The notes under the pieces were generated by a model. It did not search any database, had not been told where the DNA came from, and worked only from the letters and a program-made list of their open reading frames with translations. DNA of 63,898 bases, counting the filler, from Collodictyon triciliatum (lineage: Eukaryota), in NCBI GenBank assembly GCA_043381765.1. It is 4 parts of 4 records of this genome, joined end to end, with 100 filler letters (N's around TTAATTAATTAA, not from the genome) between each part and the next. Parts side by side here need not be neighbours in the genome. Positions count along the whole stretch, not along the records: positions 28,229 to 40,619 come from JBHJMP010000871.1; positions 40,720 to 61,409 come from JBHJMP010000872.1; 2 more parts are not named here. One strand, given 5' to 3'. A program made the position numbers and the translations under genes. Positions 30,637 through 45,024 of the stretch are shown piece by piece; position 1 is the first letter of the stretch; every line of letters starts with the position of its first letter.

Positions 30637-30774
30637 TGTGATGATAGTTTTGTGATGACGGTTTTGTGATGATAGTTTTGTGATGATGGTTTTGTGATGA
30701 TGGTTTTGTGATGATGGTTTTGTGATGACGGTTTTGTGATGCTGGTTTTGTGATGACGGTTTTGTGATGATGGT
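30637..30774. repeat. 14-bp minisatellite (TGTGATGATGGTTT) about 10 copies
   Basis: Ten near-identical units abutting the ATG of the zinc-knuckle gene. Confidence 0.95.
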
Positions 30775-32470
30775 AAAATAAGTCAAGCAATTAGCAATTT
30801 TGCCGAAGCTCTCTTCTCCGCTTCTGCTTCAATATGCTTCAGAGAAAAGAAGAAAACAAAAGGAGGGATTCGAGTAGCAGTCTGCGAGAGGAGCTGCTTT
30901 GGTTGTGAGATTCTTGTCTGATTCTGCGGCAAAATAGAGGGAAAATGGCTCTTGGTTTTGTGTGCCATGGTGCGATTCATGAGCAGATATTTGGATGGCG
31001 TCAAGAAAATTAAATAAAACAATAACAGTATTTGCAGTGTTCAAATTGGTGTTTCCTCAATCATTTATTTTTTTCTTGCAGTTATCATCGTTGTTTAAAG
31101 TGGTTGGGTTTATCTGTTTGAAGAGTGGAAAAGTGAATCGGATGCACAAACCATCCCAGTGCGCAAGAAACGAAAAGAAACGATTTCCCCCCCATCCCCC
31201 CCTTCTGCCTGTTGGGGCTAACGATTGTCGAGGAAGCATATTCTGTGCGCGGAATGTCGTAAAATGACGTGGATTGCGTGTCTGGTGACGACCATTCTTC
31301 CTGCCTAGCAAGGTCATGGCGATGGCTGCATTTGACAAATATTCCTCTTAGTTTTGTTTTTGTTTCTTTTACTTTTCTGTTTTTTTTTTGTTTTTTTTGT
31401 TTTTTTTTGTTTTTGTTTTTGTTTTGTTTTTTTTGTTTTTTTTTTTGTTTTTTGTTTTTGTTTTTGTTTTTGTTTTGCTTTGTTTTTTTGTTTTGTTTTG
31501 CTTCGGTAATGTCGAGCGGAGTGAGTCAGTGGCGGGTGATACTTTGTGAAAAAAAGGCAAATAGCTCAATAAAAAATGATGCAATGAAGATGATTAGCTG
31601 CTCCTTTGCTAAGGGCGGTTTCTATTGTGATTCATCAACATAATCACCAAGTTGCCCATATTTGTGATAGCGACTGTTTATCCTTATTTAGAAAAGAGTG
31701 ACAAATCCATATAAGGCGTGGTCTTTTTTAAATTGAATAAAGCAACAAAAGCGGAAACATGTCAGTGACATATGAAAACTCTATTTGGTATATGTCATAT
31801 TCCATAGTCGGAAAACGTCGTAATGATGTCGAAATGTGTCGTCATGAATCGTCATCGTGACGACCGATAGTTTTCCAAAACAGGATATGATGTTATTTGT
31901 CTGCATATGGCGAGAAGTCAATAAATCCGGATTGAATTGTACCAGAATGCGAGGTGAGGGAATCGGAATTTCTGAACCCCACATTCGAGGTTTCTGTGAC
32001 GCTCTTCTTCAAACCAAAGGGTGTTGCGCATTTGCTAGTTTTTTTGTGATTCGTCGGTGGTGGCATATGGGTTATGGTTTTATGAGCGAAGAAAGTTGTA
32101 AGATTAAAAAAAAAAAACCAAATAAAAGAAAAACGCGAGATGCCAAACAGCGAGGACACTTTATTTTAGGCCGTTTTATATTGTTGCTTTATTTCATTTT
32201 CTTTGTAAATCTCATAGCTTTCCAACTTTAGATCACCACCAGAGATACAATCAAACAGCGTCCGAGCGAAGCGTTAAATCTCTTTCATAGGTCCCGTATT
32301 CTTGTCTGATTTCAATCAGTGATGCATTCCCAATAAAGGTTGACAAATGGTAAGATAAAGTGGTATTCAAATTGTAAAAGGAAAAGGAAAAGGAAAAGGA
32401 AAAGGAAGACGAAGAGAGAGAGAAACGAGTGAAACAACGAGAAGGATAAATCAAAGTTCAAAGTTTATCA

Positions 32471-35400
32471 TCAGCGGTGAGCAAACTGAGAAGGAAAATT
32501 CCAGTCATAATCGGCATACTTGATGCGTATACTTTCACCTGCGGCAGCTGCAATCATACCATTCAGAATCTTTTGCATCTCGAGCGGTAGATACGGACAC
32601 AACCTTATCAGCAACTTATTGGCACTTGTTGAAATCACCGCCTTATCTCGTTCGGATTCTGCCGCATCTACGTCTAATAGGAAATCCTGCTCATACCATT
32701 CCATGACCTTCGGTAGCAGCACAGATCGGCGGTCGGGCGAGAGAACAACATGCTCCTGTAGATAAAGCGCAGCAGACTCCCTGATTTGAGCCACGCAATC
32801 GGCTTTGGTTAAAACCGGAATGACTCGGCTTGAGGGAGAGGAATTAGCTCCGCAGTGAAGGATAAAGCTGATTCCGGGCTCGGCTGGCACGAACGGAAGG
32901 GCAGACAAAACTGCGTTGGTTCGGGGGCGTATCAAATAGGAGGCGATCTTGCGTCCAAAGAAACTGGAATTCAACTGTGGGGGTGCCAGCTTGCGACGCA
33001 GAATCTGATGCTCAATCTCCAGGGGTGAAAGCACAAGCCCATCCACTTCGTACGAGAATCGCTGCATGTGTGTCTTTACGTTGTATCCGCCACCTGTGAT
33101 TCCAGTAGGTGCTCCGCATTCCAAGATGATGTGAATCACCAACACGTGATAGAGATTTGTATAGAATGCAAGCGCTGAGGTTCCAGACGGAATCGATTCT
33201 GCTGCATTGGCGCCGTCTGTAGTCTTTTCTTCAGACTCTGAAGTGTTTTGCTCTTTGTTGCGGTCGCGGATTCGAACAATCTGCAACTCGCTAGCTGCTT
33301 TGACAAACGACACGAATCTAGTTCCAAATGTTTCATCATGCCAAAAGTCGTATCCGGGCGCACTGGCGTCTTGGTAGAGAGAAAGGGCCTTCTCCAGCAA
33401 ATCTTCGATTACTTCGTTTGCGTCTCGAGATTCACTGTGGTCCCACAACAGTTTGCGTCGATTCAAAACCACGCGCTCTTTTTTGCCTATCCTTTCGGCA
33501 AAGGACTCACTGAGTGTTGGAATACCACTTCCTGCAGGCAATGAACTTGCTATCATGCTTGATAACAACGACGATGATGTGGTGGGTGGGTTGGGAAGAG
33601 AGCTTTGTGTTGGCACGATGGGACCTGATGCTGCGTTGGGTGTTCCTTGAGACGACGAAGCTGTTCGTGGGGTCGATGGTGTCGATGGTGTCGATGGGCC
33701 AGACGTTGAAGTGGATAACAAAGAAGACGGTCCAATTCCTGCGCTTCCTGGTAAAGAACCAGATGAGACAGAGTTTCCGGTAGGTCGAAGCTTCTTCAAC
33801 TTTGAGACTTCAGTGGTGATTGTGAGAATCCACTCGATAATCCACGACTGGTTTTCGTTGCAAAAATAGAAGGATTCCACCAAGGTCTTGATTTCGATAA
33901 AATGCCACCCAGGGAAAGGGAGTTCTCCTGTGACCCGACTAACTGACGTGATACTGTGTAGCGGAATCATGTACTCGGGTGTCTTTTGACGGTATTGGAA
34001 AATTCGTAAATAATCGCGCGTTAGTATCACCCAAACATCCTTCCACGCAGTTTTCCATTGCGCCAAGATGAGCTGGCCTTTCTTCACAATAATGTCAACA
34101 AGATTGCTTGGCATATTAGAATTGGGCATGTAAGGGAATCCTTCCTGGCCAAAGCTCTCCGCAATTGGAGCTTCGGCGTCAGAGCTAAGGAATGCATCCA
34201 GAAAGCGGCTGTTTGCGATGACCTCGTCAGAAAGTATGGATGAGAAAAAGCCGTTCAGCAAGTCCGGCACAGCATCCGTAGATGAAAGCTCTTCCTGAAT
34301 TCCTTCGACATCAGCACTATTCAAGGAGGCACGCTTCAAAAGATTCACCATATCGGGGGTTATTCCCGATTCTCCACTGCTAGATTCCAAAGCCTTCTTT
34401 GACGAGGATAAGGAATTCACATTTGAAATGGACTGTCGGATGGAAAGGCTCCTTTTGTTGAGCTTCCAGGCCTCTTTACATAGGTCATGGAGTCCTCCAA
34501 GGTCTTTAATTGTTCTCAACAGTGTGTGTTCATTTGCATTTGATTTTGAAGCATCAGTTCCATTCCCGTCAGCTCTTACTACAATCAAAAACATCACTTG
34601 CATTTTCCCGGCGCAAAGGCGTTCAATCCACCCAGCTACTCGGACGTTGTTGAATGAGGTGGCCATAGTTCTTGATTTGGGCCCTACAGCTCCTGGCATG
34701 ACTGATTTTAATGTATTGTCAGCCTCAGATGAGGACGCAGATACTCCATCAGATGAGCCTCGGACCAGCCCAGATGTTTGTGGGGTTGTTGTTTGGGACT
34801 GCATATTGCCGCTTGGTGATGAAGTGACAGGATTTGGCGAATTGGTGATATTTTGGACCACAGCCAAGGATGGATTAGGTCGCACGCGAAACTTCAAGCC
34901 CAGTAAGGAGACAGTCTGCATAGCCGCCGATGTGAATAAGGACGTTGTAAAATCGATTCCTGTAATTATCATAACGAAAAAGGAAACAACTCCAAAGATT
35001 AATACCACAAGGATTCCTGCAGGTTCAATGCCGATTTTGGCTGATGTGCTTTGTAAAACTTTGCCAATCTGGTCAGCAACTTGTGCCCACTTGGAGTTTG
35101 TATCCGGAGTTCGGCCAAATACATAAGCGGGTGCTGCTCCTGATGTGGTGGTTGTGATAGGGTTTGTCACGGTTTGATTTGAAGTGGGCTGACCGGAACC
35201 TCCGGCTTGGCTGGATGCTTCGAGATTGGTCGTCGTCTTTTGAGTCGCTGGTTTTGGGACAAAAGGGGTTGGTTTGAATCCTTCGTCAATCACCTCTTGG
35301 ATGAATTCCATGTCCAGTAAGCGACCCTAGAAAAGAGGTGTATCATACACATTAAGCCTGTGCTTTGCGTGAAATACTAAGGGTTTCATGAGAAAAAAAT

Positions 35401-36451
35401 AAATTGTAATAACGAAAAGTGTGCTTGGAATGTGATACAGTTCATCGATTTTATTCAAAGAAGGGAGAGAAAATAAAAAGAGGATATGGTAATATGAAAG
35501 TATGAATGAGACTCAAGATTACAGCTTTAGTATTTCTGTCGTAGCTGGCAATCATATACTGCTCACAAACTGAACTCAACGGAAAGTTTGGGAGTTTCAA
35601 CAGCGCAGTTTGTTCGAAATGTGTCCAGTTTTCGTTTTCAGGATGTACCTACGAAAAAGATGAATAAATAAAAATTGTCATTGGATGTAACCCGTTGACA
35701 AACCAAACCAAACCAAACCAAACCAAACCAAACCAAACCAAACCGAACCGAACCGAACCAAACCAAACCAACCAATAAACGACGATTTAATAACATACTG
35801 TTTATTTTGAATCATAGGATTTCAACATGCTTCGTGGCATTTCTTATTTTATAAAATTATGTTATGCATTCACTCACCGTGTAGGCGCAATCCTCGACTA
35901 AAGTAACCTTGTCTTGGTATGAAATATTTGTTACTCGAATGGACAGTTTCTTTTCAAGGTGGTTAATCGTCACTCTATGGTTGAACTTAAAATCGTACTG
36001 GTTCAGCATTTTTTTAACCCAGCTACACTCATGACGAGAAGACAAAAAGAAGAGATGAATAAACAGTTGTAACTGTGTGTTTTATCGAGGGTGAATGAAT
36101 TGTTTCATAGGATACATATACCTCGCTACATAAATAAATAAATAAATAAATAATAAATAAATGGTTATGCATTAATTGATATTACTAAGGTGCCTCAATA
36201 TCGACCGTGACTACACGAGTAATGTGCTGAATAGCCCCATCTTGCTCTTCGTTTTGTTCGACGATTTCTGAGCCAAGTAGAACTGGGATCCTTTTGTTCT
36301 TCGGGTAGCGCTTGTTGTACGCACGGGCCACGATTTCCCACGGATTCTTGTAGCGAAAGACTTGACGACAACTTTTGCCTTCCGGTCGATCAGGAAGGAT
36401 TTCCGAGCGAAACTCTGCCAAGTCCGCTTCCGTAAACTTTCGGCCGCCCAT
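32471..36451 (-). CDS. PRELI/MSF1 + transmembrane + PH + DUF547 multidomain protein (4 exons, roughly 1130 aa)
   Basis: PRELI: YKNPWEIVARAYNKRYP...VHPENENWTHFEQTALL; hydrophobic segment GILVVLIFGVVSFFVMII; PH: IVKKGQL...WKDVWVILTRDYLRIFQ...EWILTI; DUF547: LAFYTNLYHVLVIH, LEIEHQILR, FILHCGANSSP, LPKVMEWYEQDF, YADYDW. Three GT-AG introns join in frame. Confidence 0.85.
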
Positions 36452-37263
36452 GTAGAGTTAAAAGCTGGATCCTTTTTCTGTTTTACAACTATGAGATTAT
36501 GATGAATGGAAAAGAAAAGAGAGAGAGGAAATGAGAGGAAAAGAGAGGAAAAGAGAGGAAAAGAGAGGAAAAGAGAGAAAAAAGAGAGAAAAAAGAGAGA
36601 AAAAAGAGAGAAAAAAGAGAGAAAAAAGAGAGAAAAAAGAAAAAAATGAGAAAAAAAAGGACAAAAAAAAGAAAAGAAAAAGAGAAAAGGACGATGTTAG
36701 TGAAACAGACGGAATATGATTGAACTGAAGGTAGCAAAGCAGCAGACAAGGAGGCGATCAAATAGGCACTTCCCTTCGTTCCGATCGAACAGATCCCTGG
36801 GTTTTCTTATGAAAGAGACACCCTTTGAAGAAATAATAGTAGGAATGCGTTGTGAGATGTTTGAACGACAGCACGAAGAGCCCAACATCTAATCTGGAAT
36901 ATATGATTAATTGCAACATGCATATCATGATATGAGCAAACTATCAGTGTGCAATATTATTTTCCGTTTTATTGATGTTTATATAAGAACCGCACATTAT
37001 GTATCGTGATAGTAGTACGATAAAAAAATAACTATAACTGCAACGGCCATCGCCCAAACCGCAACACAAACCCAAAAGTTTGGACGTGTTTCTGGAGTTG
37101 CGGCGACCGTAAAGCCAGCAAGCAAAGCAGTTCATTAGATATCTCTGATGCAGTCACAACAGTTCTTCTGATAAGTAAGCGTCGCACTAACTTGTCCCGC
37201 GCACTCACGTCCGAATCACACGGCAGGCGGATACATTTCAGTCCGGTTGTGAGTCCCGCGCAT

Positions 37264-40200
37264 ATGTCCCAGCAAAAAGAGTCGGCCGCTACAAAGCCGT
37301 GTTGGGCTTATCACGATGCTGATCAGACTTCCGCTCCTGTAACACTTTCTTTTCTTCTTTTCTTATTCTTTTTTTTTCTGCTATGGAGCTCATGTTACCT
37401 TTATCAAATGTCTCTCAGATGTTCACTTATATGTATCATTTTTGTATTTATGCAATTATCTTTCTATTTTTCAATCATATTCTATTCTACTTATATGTTT
37501 ATTATTTCTAATATTTCACAATGATGTGTCTCTGAAAAAATAAATAAATCAAAAGACCAGATAAACTCGTCGAGCTTACCTCTACCCAACTCACTAAATG
37601 CGTCTCTTGTCACATAACTATTTTCTTTCTCGACTATTGTTTCGAATACTGAAACGTGGTTTTATATTGTGTTTTCATGAATGCATTTGAAAATGTTTCT
37701 TGGATACGATTATTGTCGGCGGTGTTTCTTTCAGGCACCATCCCTGAGGAAAAACTCGAGACAACAGGATCAGTACAGGGACTGGGATTTTCTCAAGTCG
37801 CATGATAGTCAGAGGAACGATGACACATCGACACATCAAGGAAGAAGACAAGTTACAAAAAGTCAACTTAGACAAAGCTACAACATCATCGCACCACCGG
37901 TATTACCAACACTCGAATAGCATGCATTACATCGCACTAATATCGTATTTTCTCCTATTGTATAGCTGAAGTATCTGCTTGTCTTCGGGTTAATGAAACC
38001 ATTAAATCAATTGAATTTTTATATTTATGAAAGGTCATCGATACTACTTTGGATGTGAATTCATACAAAGTCCTTTCTGTGGATGAGATATCAAGGCAAG
38101 CAAACACGCGAGCCGTTGTTCGGATGGGCAAACCAGATCATATAAAAAGTGTCCGCGAAATGGCATATGGTGGTTGGTGTAATGTGCGACTCTTTTTTTT
38201 TTTTTTTAAAAAAAAATAAATAAATAAAACACTTGCATTATTTTTTGAGTCATCAAAACTCTTACCATATCACTCTTCTCTTGAATTTCAAGTTTTTATT
38301 TCTGATACTTTGAAGCAAAATGATAATATTTTCAAACTCCTGTAATGTGTTCTCCCTCCCTTATGCGAAGCGGCTCAATGAATTAAAAGGCATGCGAGAT
38401 CTAATAGCATTATTCTAATCTTGATTTTTACCGCTGAAAAGGATAATAAAGGTCCATCTCCAACGGATGAATATGCTGCACGAACAACACTATCAGGAGA
38501 AAACATGACAAAGCGAGCAGGTCTTGGATTGCCTTCGAGACAGGAGGCTTTACAAGTTGGTTCATCTTTCTATAAACTTAACCACAATATAATTTGTTTA
38601 TATGCTTTTTATCAGATGCGTTTGCCAACTTTGTTATCACCGCGCATTAAAAATAAAGAGAGTCATATAAATTAATGAATTATTGATGATATATGAAATG
38701 CGCCAGGAAAAACTGAAGGAGGAAAGAGGAAAGGATTACTATCAAGTTATTTCCATATCTGAGATAGCACCAGAACCTAGAAGCACAGGGTCAAAAAGGG
38801 TACATATGATTGAATTAATATAAATATCGCATGACATTTTATTTTTTCAAAAAAAAAAAAAAACGGTCAACATATGTTGTTACCGAGAATAAGATTCTGT
38901 GTTTGAATTAGCGCGTTTAATTAATAGCTGGACCCTAAAATGCGGGAGGCAACAACATCCACCATATTACAAGGAACTGTTATACACAAACCAGATGATG
39001 GATTTGCGCAAGAGAAGCACGACGAATCTGACCAATTCCCCGCAGAAATGAGACCGAACTTTGAAGGCAGATTCAAAGGTGGGAGACGAAGGAGAGAAGA
39101 GGCGATGGTATTTGCACGAGATAAAGATACCCTAGAAAAGAAAAAAGAAGAAATCAAAGAATATAGGTTGCTTTCCTTTATTTATCAAGCATCGATGTTT
39201 TACAGTTATTATTATTACTGGTTCTCATGCAACATAGAATGGTTCAATTTTATTATATTGATTCAATATGTGTACCTAAGAAAGATGATCAGCTCTAAGT
39301 ATGTCGATTCAATAAAATACCATCAACAAACAGGATTCGTCTAGCGCAGGAGCAGGCACTCAAAAACCTGGAGAAAGATAGCGATATAATTAGATATGGA
39401 TTACAAGCAAATCCTGAACTTTACAGAGCAGGCAAGAAGATGTATGACGTTAACTGCAGCACAGAGTCATTTCAGGTTACTGCTTAACTATCATGATGGG
39501 TTTCAATACTAAAAGAAAAAAATAAAGGCCGTATTGAAATACATAAATCTTTGATGAGGAGATGATATAATAACCAATCGGAGAATTCGTTTGTCTTTGG
39601 GTTTTGTTTTAGTTTAAAATTTGAAAAAAAAATAATTATACCTACCGAAACATCACATACAGCGTCATTCAATTTCTTCTTACAAAAGGATGATTCAAAG
39701 ATATTCGGGCCACACATGCGCAGGGTAACTCCAACCCAGCACGAACAGATCGAAGATGACCCCGTATCAAAGGGGAGACGCGTATTGAGGTTTGCGATGA
39801 AATACTCTCACAGCTTTCATCGACACAATTGAAGAATTTATTTATTTTTCGGGTTAAAAAATACATTTTCGCAACATCAACTCAGTCCCTCTTCATCAGC
39901 TTTATCTTATTGATGTCAACATCTTTGCGCTTTGATTTCGATTTTGAAGCATAGCATTAACCACAACATTATCAATCACCATCATCAATCACTAATCATC
40001 AATCACTAATCATTAATCACTAATCACAATAATCAATCACATTCACAATCACCAATCACCACCATCAACTACTATCGTAGCCCACGATTCGAAGCAAAAC
40101 CGTCGAGGCAGCATCACAAGAGCGAAAACCGACCGCCGACTGCACTTGGACGGAGTCAAAGTGGGTGCCGCCTCCACACACAAACCTCCTTACTCACCCA

Positions 40201-40343
40201 ACTCACCGATTGCCACACTCACAGACTTGGCTGGAAAGACGGTGGAGCAGGGCATTCAGAAGTGGACGACCGGCTCCATCTTTGCCGCGTCAGGGCAGGT
40301 CGGGCCTTCGAGACAGCCCCGGCCCAACAGCGTGATGCCGTAG
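37264..40343 (+). CDS. Multi-exon hypothetical hydrophilic protein
   Basis: Series of GT-AG-bounded open exons, several phase-compatible (e.g. 38928-39167 with the exon from 39334); no family recognised; frame of the last exon is ambiguous. Confidence 0.55.
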
Positions 40344-40619
40344 TTTGGATGGTCTCTCTGGCATACTTGAGCGGCTCGCAAAGCCTCATTTCTTTCTAAT
40401 GTGCAATAAATGAAAATGAAAATGAAAATGAAAATATATCAAAAGGAAAAGAAAGAAAAGAGGAAACCAGGAAGATATATACGGAAGGACTATGACAGAA
40501 AAACACCTTCTGAAAATATAATGACAAGGGGAAAAAAAAAAAGAGTAAAAGCCACACGACTGTCATTGTCTGTTTCTTCGTGGTCTCTCTCTTTTCCTGC
40601 GCCTGGCAAGTGATGAAAA

Positions 40620-40719
40620 NNNNNNNNNNNNNNNNNNNNNNNNNNNNNNNNNNNNNNNNNNNNTTAATTAATTAANNNNNNNNNNNNNNNNNNNNNNNNN
40701 NNNNNNNNNNNNNNNNNNN
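40620..40719. other. Artificial contig linker N44-TTAATTAATTAA-N44
   Basis: Same spacer as at 28129. Confidence 0.97.
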
Positions 40720-40773
40720 AAAACAATATTATTAAATAGAATGACAGACTTATCTGGCAGGTAATTTTTTACG

Positions 40774-43700
40774 TTGAGAAAAGAAATCGACAGTCAGCAT
40801 ACCCAAGGGTTGATGGGTTCGTCTCCCACATACTCCTTTCTCAGTTCTGGCGATGAACTGGGAGCCGAAACAGGAGACTTTTACTTGAAGCCGCAAACTC
40901 ACGCACCGACAAATGCGCCCAACCGACGAGCATCTTACCAATCAACAGCGTCTACGGTGTTTTCAATGGGGTCTTCGACCGATTCGCATAACCCAGAGGC
41001 GGACAACGCCGGGAACGATCAGGTAGATTCAAACAACCTGGACGAGTATCCAATCAGTGCCTTAATGACCCCTCAGCCGGAGCACATTTCCATCCCACAA
41101 GAAGTCGCTTACGAAGCAAATTCACTTACTCATCCTCGAACGCTTCCTTCAGAGTCTCTACCGATCGATCCTCTCCTGCTTTCATCCACAACAGCAGATG
41201 CAACAAAAGCTCACAAAAACTGGTTCTCTAATGAAAGCTCGTTGCTGCAAAGGTCTTCTCCTTCACAACGACGGACATCACTTCCAGTGCCATCCACAGC
41301 CATAGATTCACCCATGGGTCAGTTTGATACGGTCTCCAGTTATCAGAGGATATATCCAATACGCTCAGAGAGAACACTGGCACAACTGTCACGCTACCCA
41401 AACGATTCCATATCCACACACACGGCATCTACTTTTCATGCATTTTCACCGAGCGCACAGTCAAAGAGAGGCGGGCGTGACGAAAGCCAAGGACAGGGGA
41501 AAATGACAGATTTCAATCCTGCAAAGAGCAATTCAGATGAAAAATCATCATCATCATCGTCAATGGAGCGCAATGGGAATAGACAAAAACAAGAGACGAG
41601 CTCACATGCTGATGGCGTGCATCGTATACCTGCAACAGATGCTCAATATCAAGTAGCACAATTTAAAAGTATTGATATCCGCACACATAGCGAACTATCA
41701 GATGATAATGTACAAAGTTATAAAAAACTTGAAACCCGAGCAAGACAAGGTTCTGGACATACGACGAACGGAAAGAATAATCCACTTCACCAGACTCTTT
41801 ATCAGATACCTGGTGCACCCAGGGTAAACCTATATTTCACCATTTTATCTGAAAAGTAAAAATGCACGAAAATAAAAAAATAATATGAAACAATGATATA
41901 CCTTTTCGACGCAGTTTTTGTTTTGTTTAACCTTTTCCTCTTATAGAACACACCAACCAGAATCACATCAAATTATGCCTCATCAAACCAACCAAGATCT
42001 GATTTCATCGTTGAAAATCCACAGGAATGTACTCAAAGGCCTTGCCAAAGCATTGACATACAATTTTCATCAAATAAAAGTGCCGTGATTGCTGAGGACA
42101 AAACAGCCGGACTATTAATATCACAGCGAATGGATTCACGAGGGAGTCCAGCCTTGCCTGAGTCTGAGAAATGGACCCGTTTACAGCAAAAGCAATCACT
42201 CTACTTGCAAATGCTGAACCAGCAGCTGGAGAGAGAAAGTCCGATATTATCCAGGAATGACGTCTCCAGCGTTAGCAGCCCAGATACACCTCATAAAATA
42301 CACCGGGAAGTTCCTGTGTGCACAGATACTGAAACCGATTTACCACAGTCAAGTCATGTGAATGAGGATGCAACCTCTATTGGTGATGCGTCCATTCGTA
42401 CAGACCCTTTATCCGAAGAGGTGTATCCGCATTCACAGAAACCTGGAAGGGCTCATGTTGCCGACACAAGATATATATTGCCCGCTAAACCAAAACAGGT
42501 GTCGACTCAAAAGTCTGTACATGAGCCCAATAAAATTGAAGACGCACGAATGACACTGGCCACAAAAGAAGTAGAGAAACAAAAGCATATCTCGACGACA
42601 CAATCCAAAGTCCAGGCACTCATATCTCTTTTTCAAGAGGGCAAGTCAGAGGCAAACACTGTTTCAAAAAATGAAAGTGCCTCTGAAGTGAAAGTTTCCA
42701 TCGAAGAACCAAACACCAAAGGCACTAGTAGAGCGAGATACCTCAATGTACAGCACAATTCCATGCCAAACTTGATGGCTCTAGACACCCCAACGACTCG
42801 AGTGGAGGCGATGAGATCCACTCTTGAGAAAGCAGCTACACAATCACCATCAATAGCTCGCCAGAGCTTTCAAAATTCAGGAGATAGTGAGAGAGAGGAT
42901 GTTCCTGTGCGCTTGAGTTCTCCCATCCACGAAACCGAAGCAAGCGAGCACAGTACAATCACAGAACACAACACTCTACCACCAACCACGCCAAAGTCCC
43001 TCTTTGAAAGAGCAGCAGAGTCACGCTCACAAAGTTTCCAACCCAATCCACAAAACCACAGTTCTAATTCTTCACAAAACTCTAAGCATTCCGTTGCAAT
43101 TGAAGCGAACGTAGGAATCAGCTGCGCGGCAACCCCAGAACTCAAACGACGTACAGAGACGGTCTCGACAGCAACCTCGCCTATCCGCGTGTTGGAAACA
43201 AAGTCTATTCAAAGCACCAGCGAATCTGGACGGGACTCGTTCAAAAACCTTGAAAGCGAATGTTTTGCAGAGAAATCACAGACTTATTCACGCACATCAG
43301 ACAAAAGCGCGCCACAAACACACAGATACAAGCAAACGGCAATACCCTTAGCATTGCCAATAACATCAACGCCACCCACAGCGGTCCACTCCATCACGAT
43401 TCAATCACATAGTTCATCACACTCCCTTCCAAACCCATTTGACGAGCAAAGCAGCATCCATCCACCAGACTTGTTTGGTCACAGGGCCGCTCCAAGACCA
43501 AGCATCTCCCTCACCAGGCTATATGACTCGCACAGTAGCATCTCGACCCAACACTTGGAAAAGACAACCACCTCGCCACAAACAAGGATTCCACAACGAA
43601 AGAGCGAGCTTGTCAGCTTTGCCCCGGATGCACCAGACTCTATGGCCCATCAAAATCATCACCACTATCTGCACAGCCACGACCACCACAATCAGCATGC

Positions 43701-45024
43701 TTATTACAACCATCACAATCATCAAATCCATGAAGACTCTCATTACCGGCAAACTCATTCCAACCTATCAAACTATCACAATCATCGAAATCAGCAAACC
43801 CATCTCAACCCATCAATCTATCACAATCATCACAGCTATCACACGCATCAAAGTCAAGACCCATTTACACACGTCACCACCTATGGCGTCCCAATCATCA
43901 GCCGAGTCGGGCGAGGATTGTCGCACCCGGCCGGCCCTTCTGCGTCCTCCCACGAGAGCTTCTCCACAGGGACGGGATTCTCGTCCAGACAGAGCACAGA
44001 ACCGACACACTCACCGGCCCGCACGCACTCGTACGAGTCTCACGCACCTTTCAGCCCCGAATCCGACTGCAGCCTGGATTCGCACCAGTGCGTGGACGAA
44101 AGCCTTACTTGGATGTTTCATAACACGCGGGCGGCTGAGCGACCAGCGGGACTCAAGGTCCAGGCAAAGGCTGTCTCTCTGCGTCCTGGGTCGCCGCAGT
44201 TGGTTCGCTCGCGACCTCATCAGCAAGGAAAGAATGCAGAAGAGCGGTGTGTGGTTTTTCCTTCCTTCCTTCCTTCTCTATCTCCCCTCTGACAAAGTAA
44301 CTCCCTTTTTTTCCCTTTTCCTCCTCTATATTTTTTCTTCTAGATTCGATTTGATTTGATTTGATTTGATTTGATTTGATTTGATTTGATTTGATTTGAT
44401 TTGATTTGATTTGATTTGATTTGATTTGATTTGATTTGATTTGATTTGATTTGATTTGATTTGATTTGATTTGATTTGATTTGATTTGATTTGGGTTCAT
44501 CTGTGTTGATTACTATAATCCCATTTATATTATCGATATACATGCGACGCGATTTTGATATGTGTGGGTTTGGTGTTTACGGTTTCCTTTTCCGTGCGTT
44601 TGTGTTGGTGCGTTAATATTCCATATTTGGAAACTACGACAATATATTTGAAAGCGGAGGTCAACTTTTGGGCGGTCGTGATGCCTCCTTTCCCCTTCCA
44701 TTTCCCCTTTCTTTTTTTAGATATATAATTTATTCATCGCCCCGAGAACGAACGATGGGCAACTCTATTCACAATGCCTTTCATCTCCCCATCTGCACAA
44801 GGAGTCACGCACGGCCTGTTGTGTCTGCAAAGCCGCGAAGCAGCTCCGCGTCAAAGTCGCAGACGAGTGGCAGCAGAAGTGAGTTTGGCTCGGCTGTTTT
44901 GTCTGCGCGTTCATCCGGCTCGGCTGCAAAGAAGAAGCAGCAGACGCCGTGTTACCACGAACACGCCACACACGAAGGCTCTGCACCAGCCACGCTCAAC
45001 TGGATGAAGTCGCTCCGCTCTTGA
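40774..45024 (+). CDS. Large low-complexity S/T/Q/H-rich hypothetical protein (5' partial; at least 3 exons)
   Basis: 361-aa and 735-aa ORFs join in frame across intron 41824-41946; a further phase-2 intron containing (GATTT)n joins the last exon ending TGA at 45024. Confidence 0.7.
44348..44492. repeat. (GATTT)n intronic microsatellite
   Basis: Perfect pentamer run. Confidence 0.95.

Noticed and set aside
30637-30774. CRISPR-like array or box C/D snoRNA cluster (TGATGA repeats)
   Set aside because: Units are contiguous with no spacers and no CTGA D boxes; a simple minisatellite.
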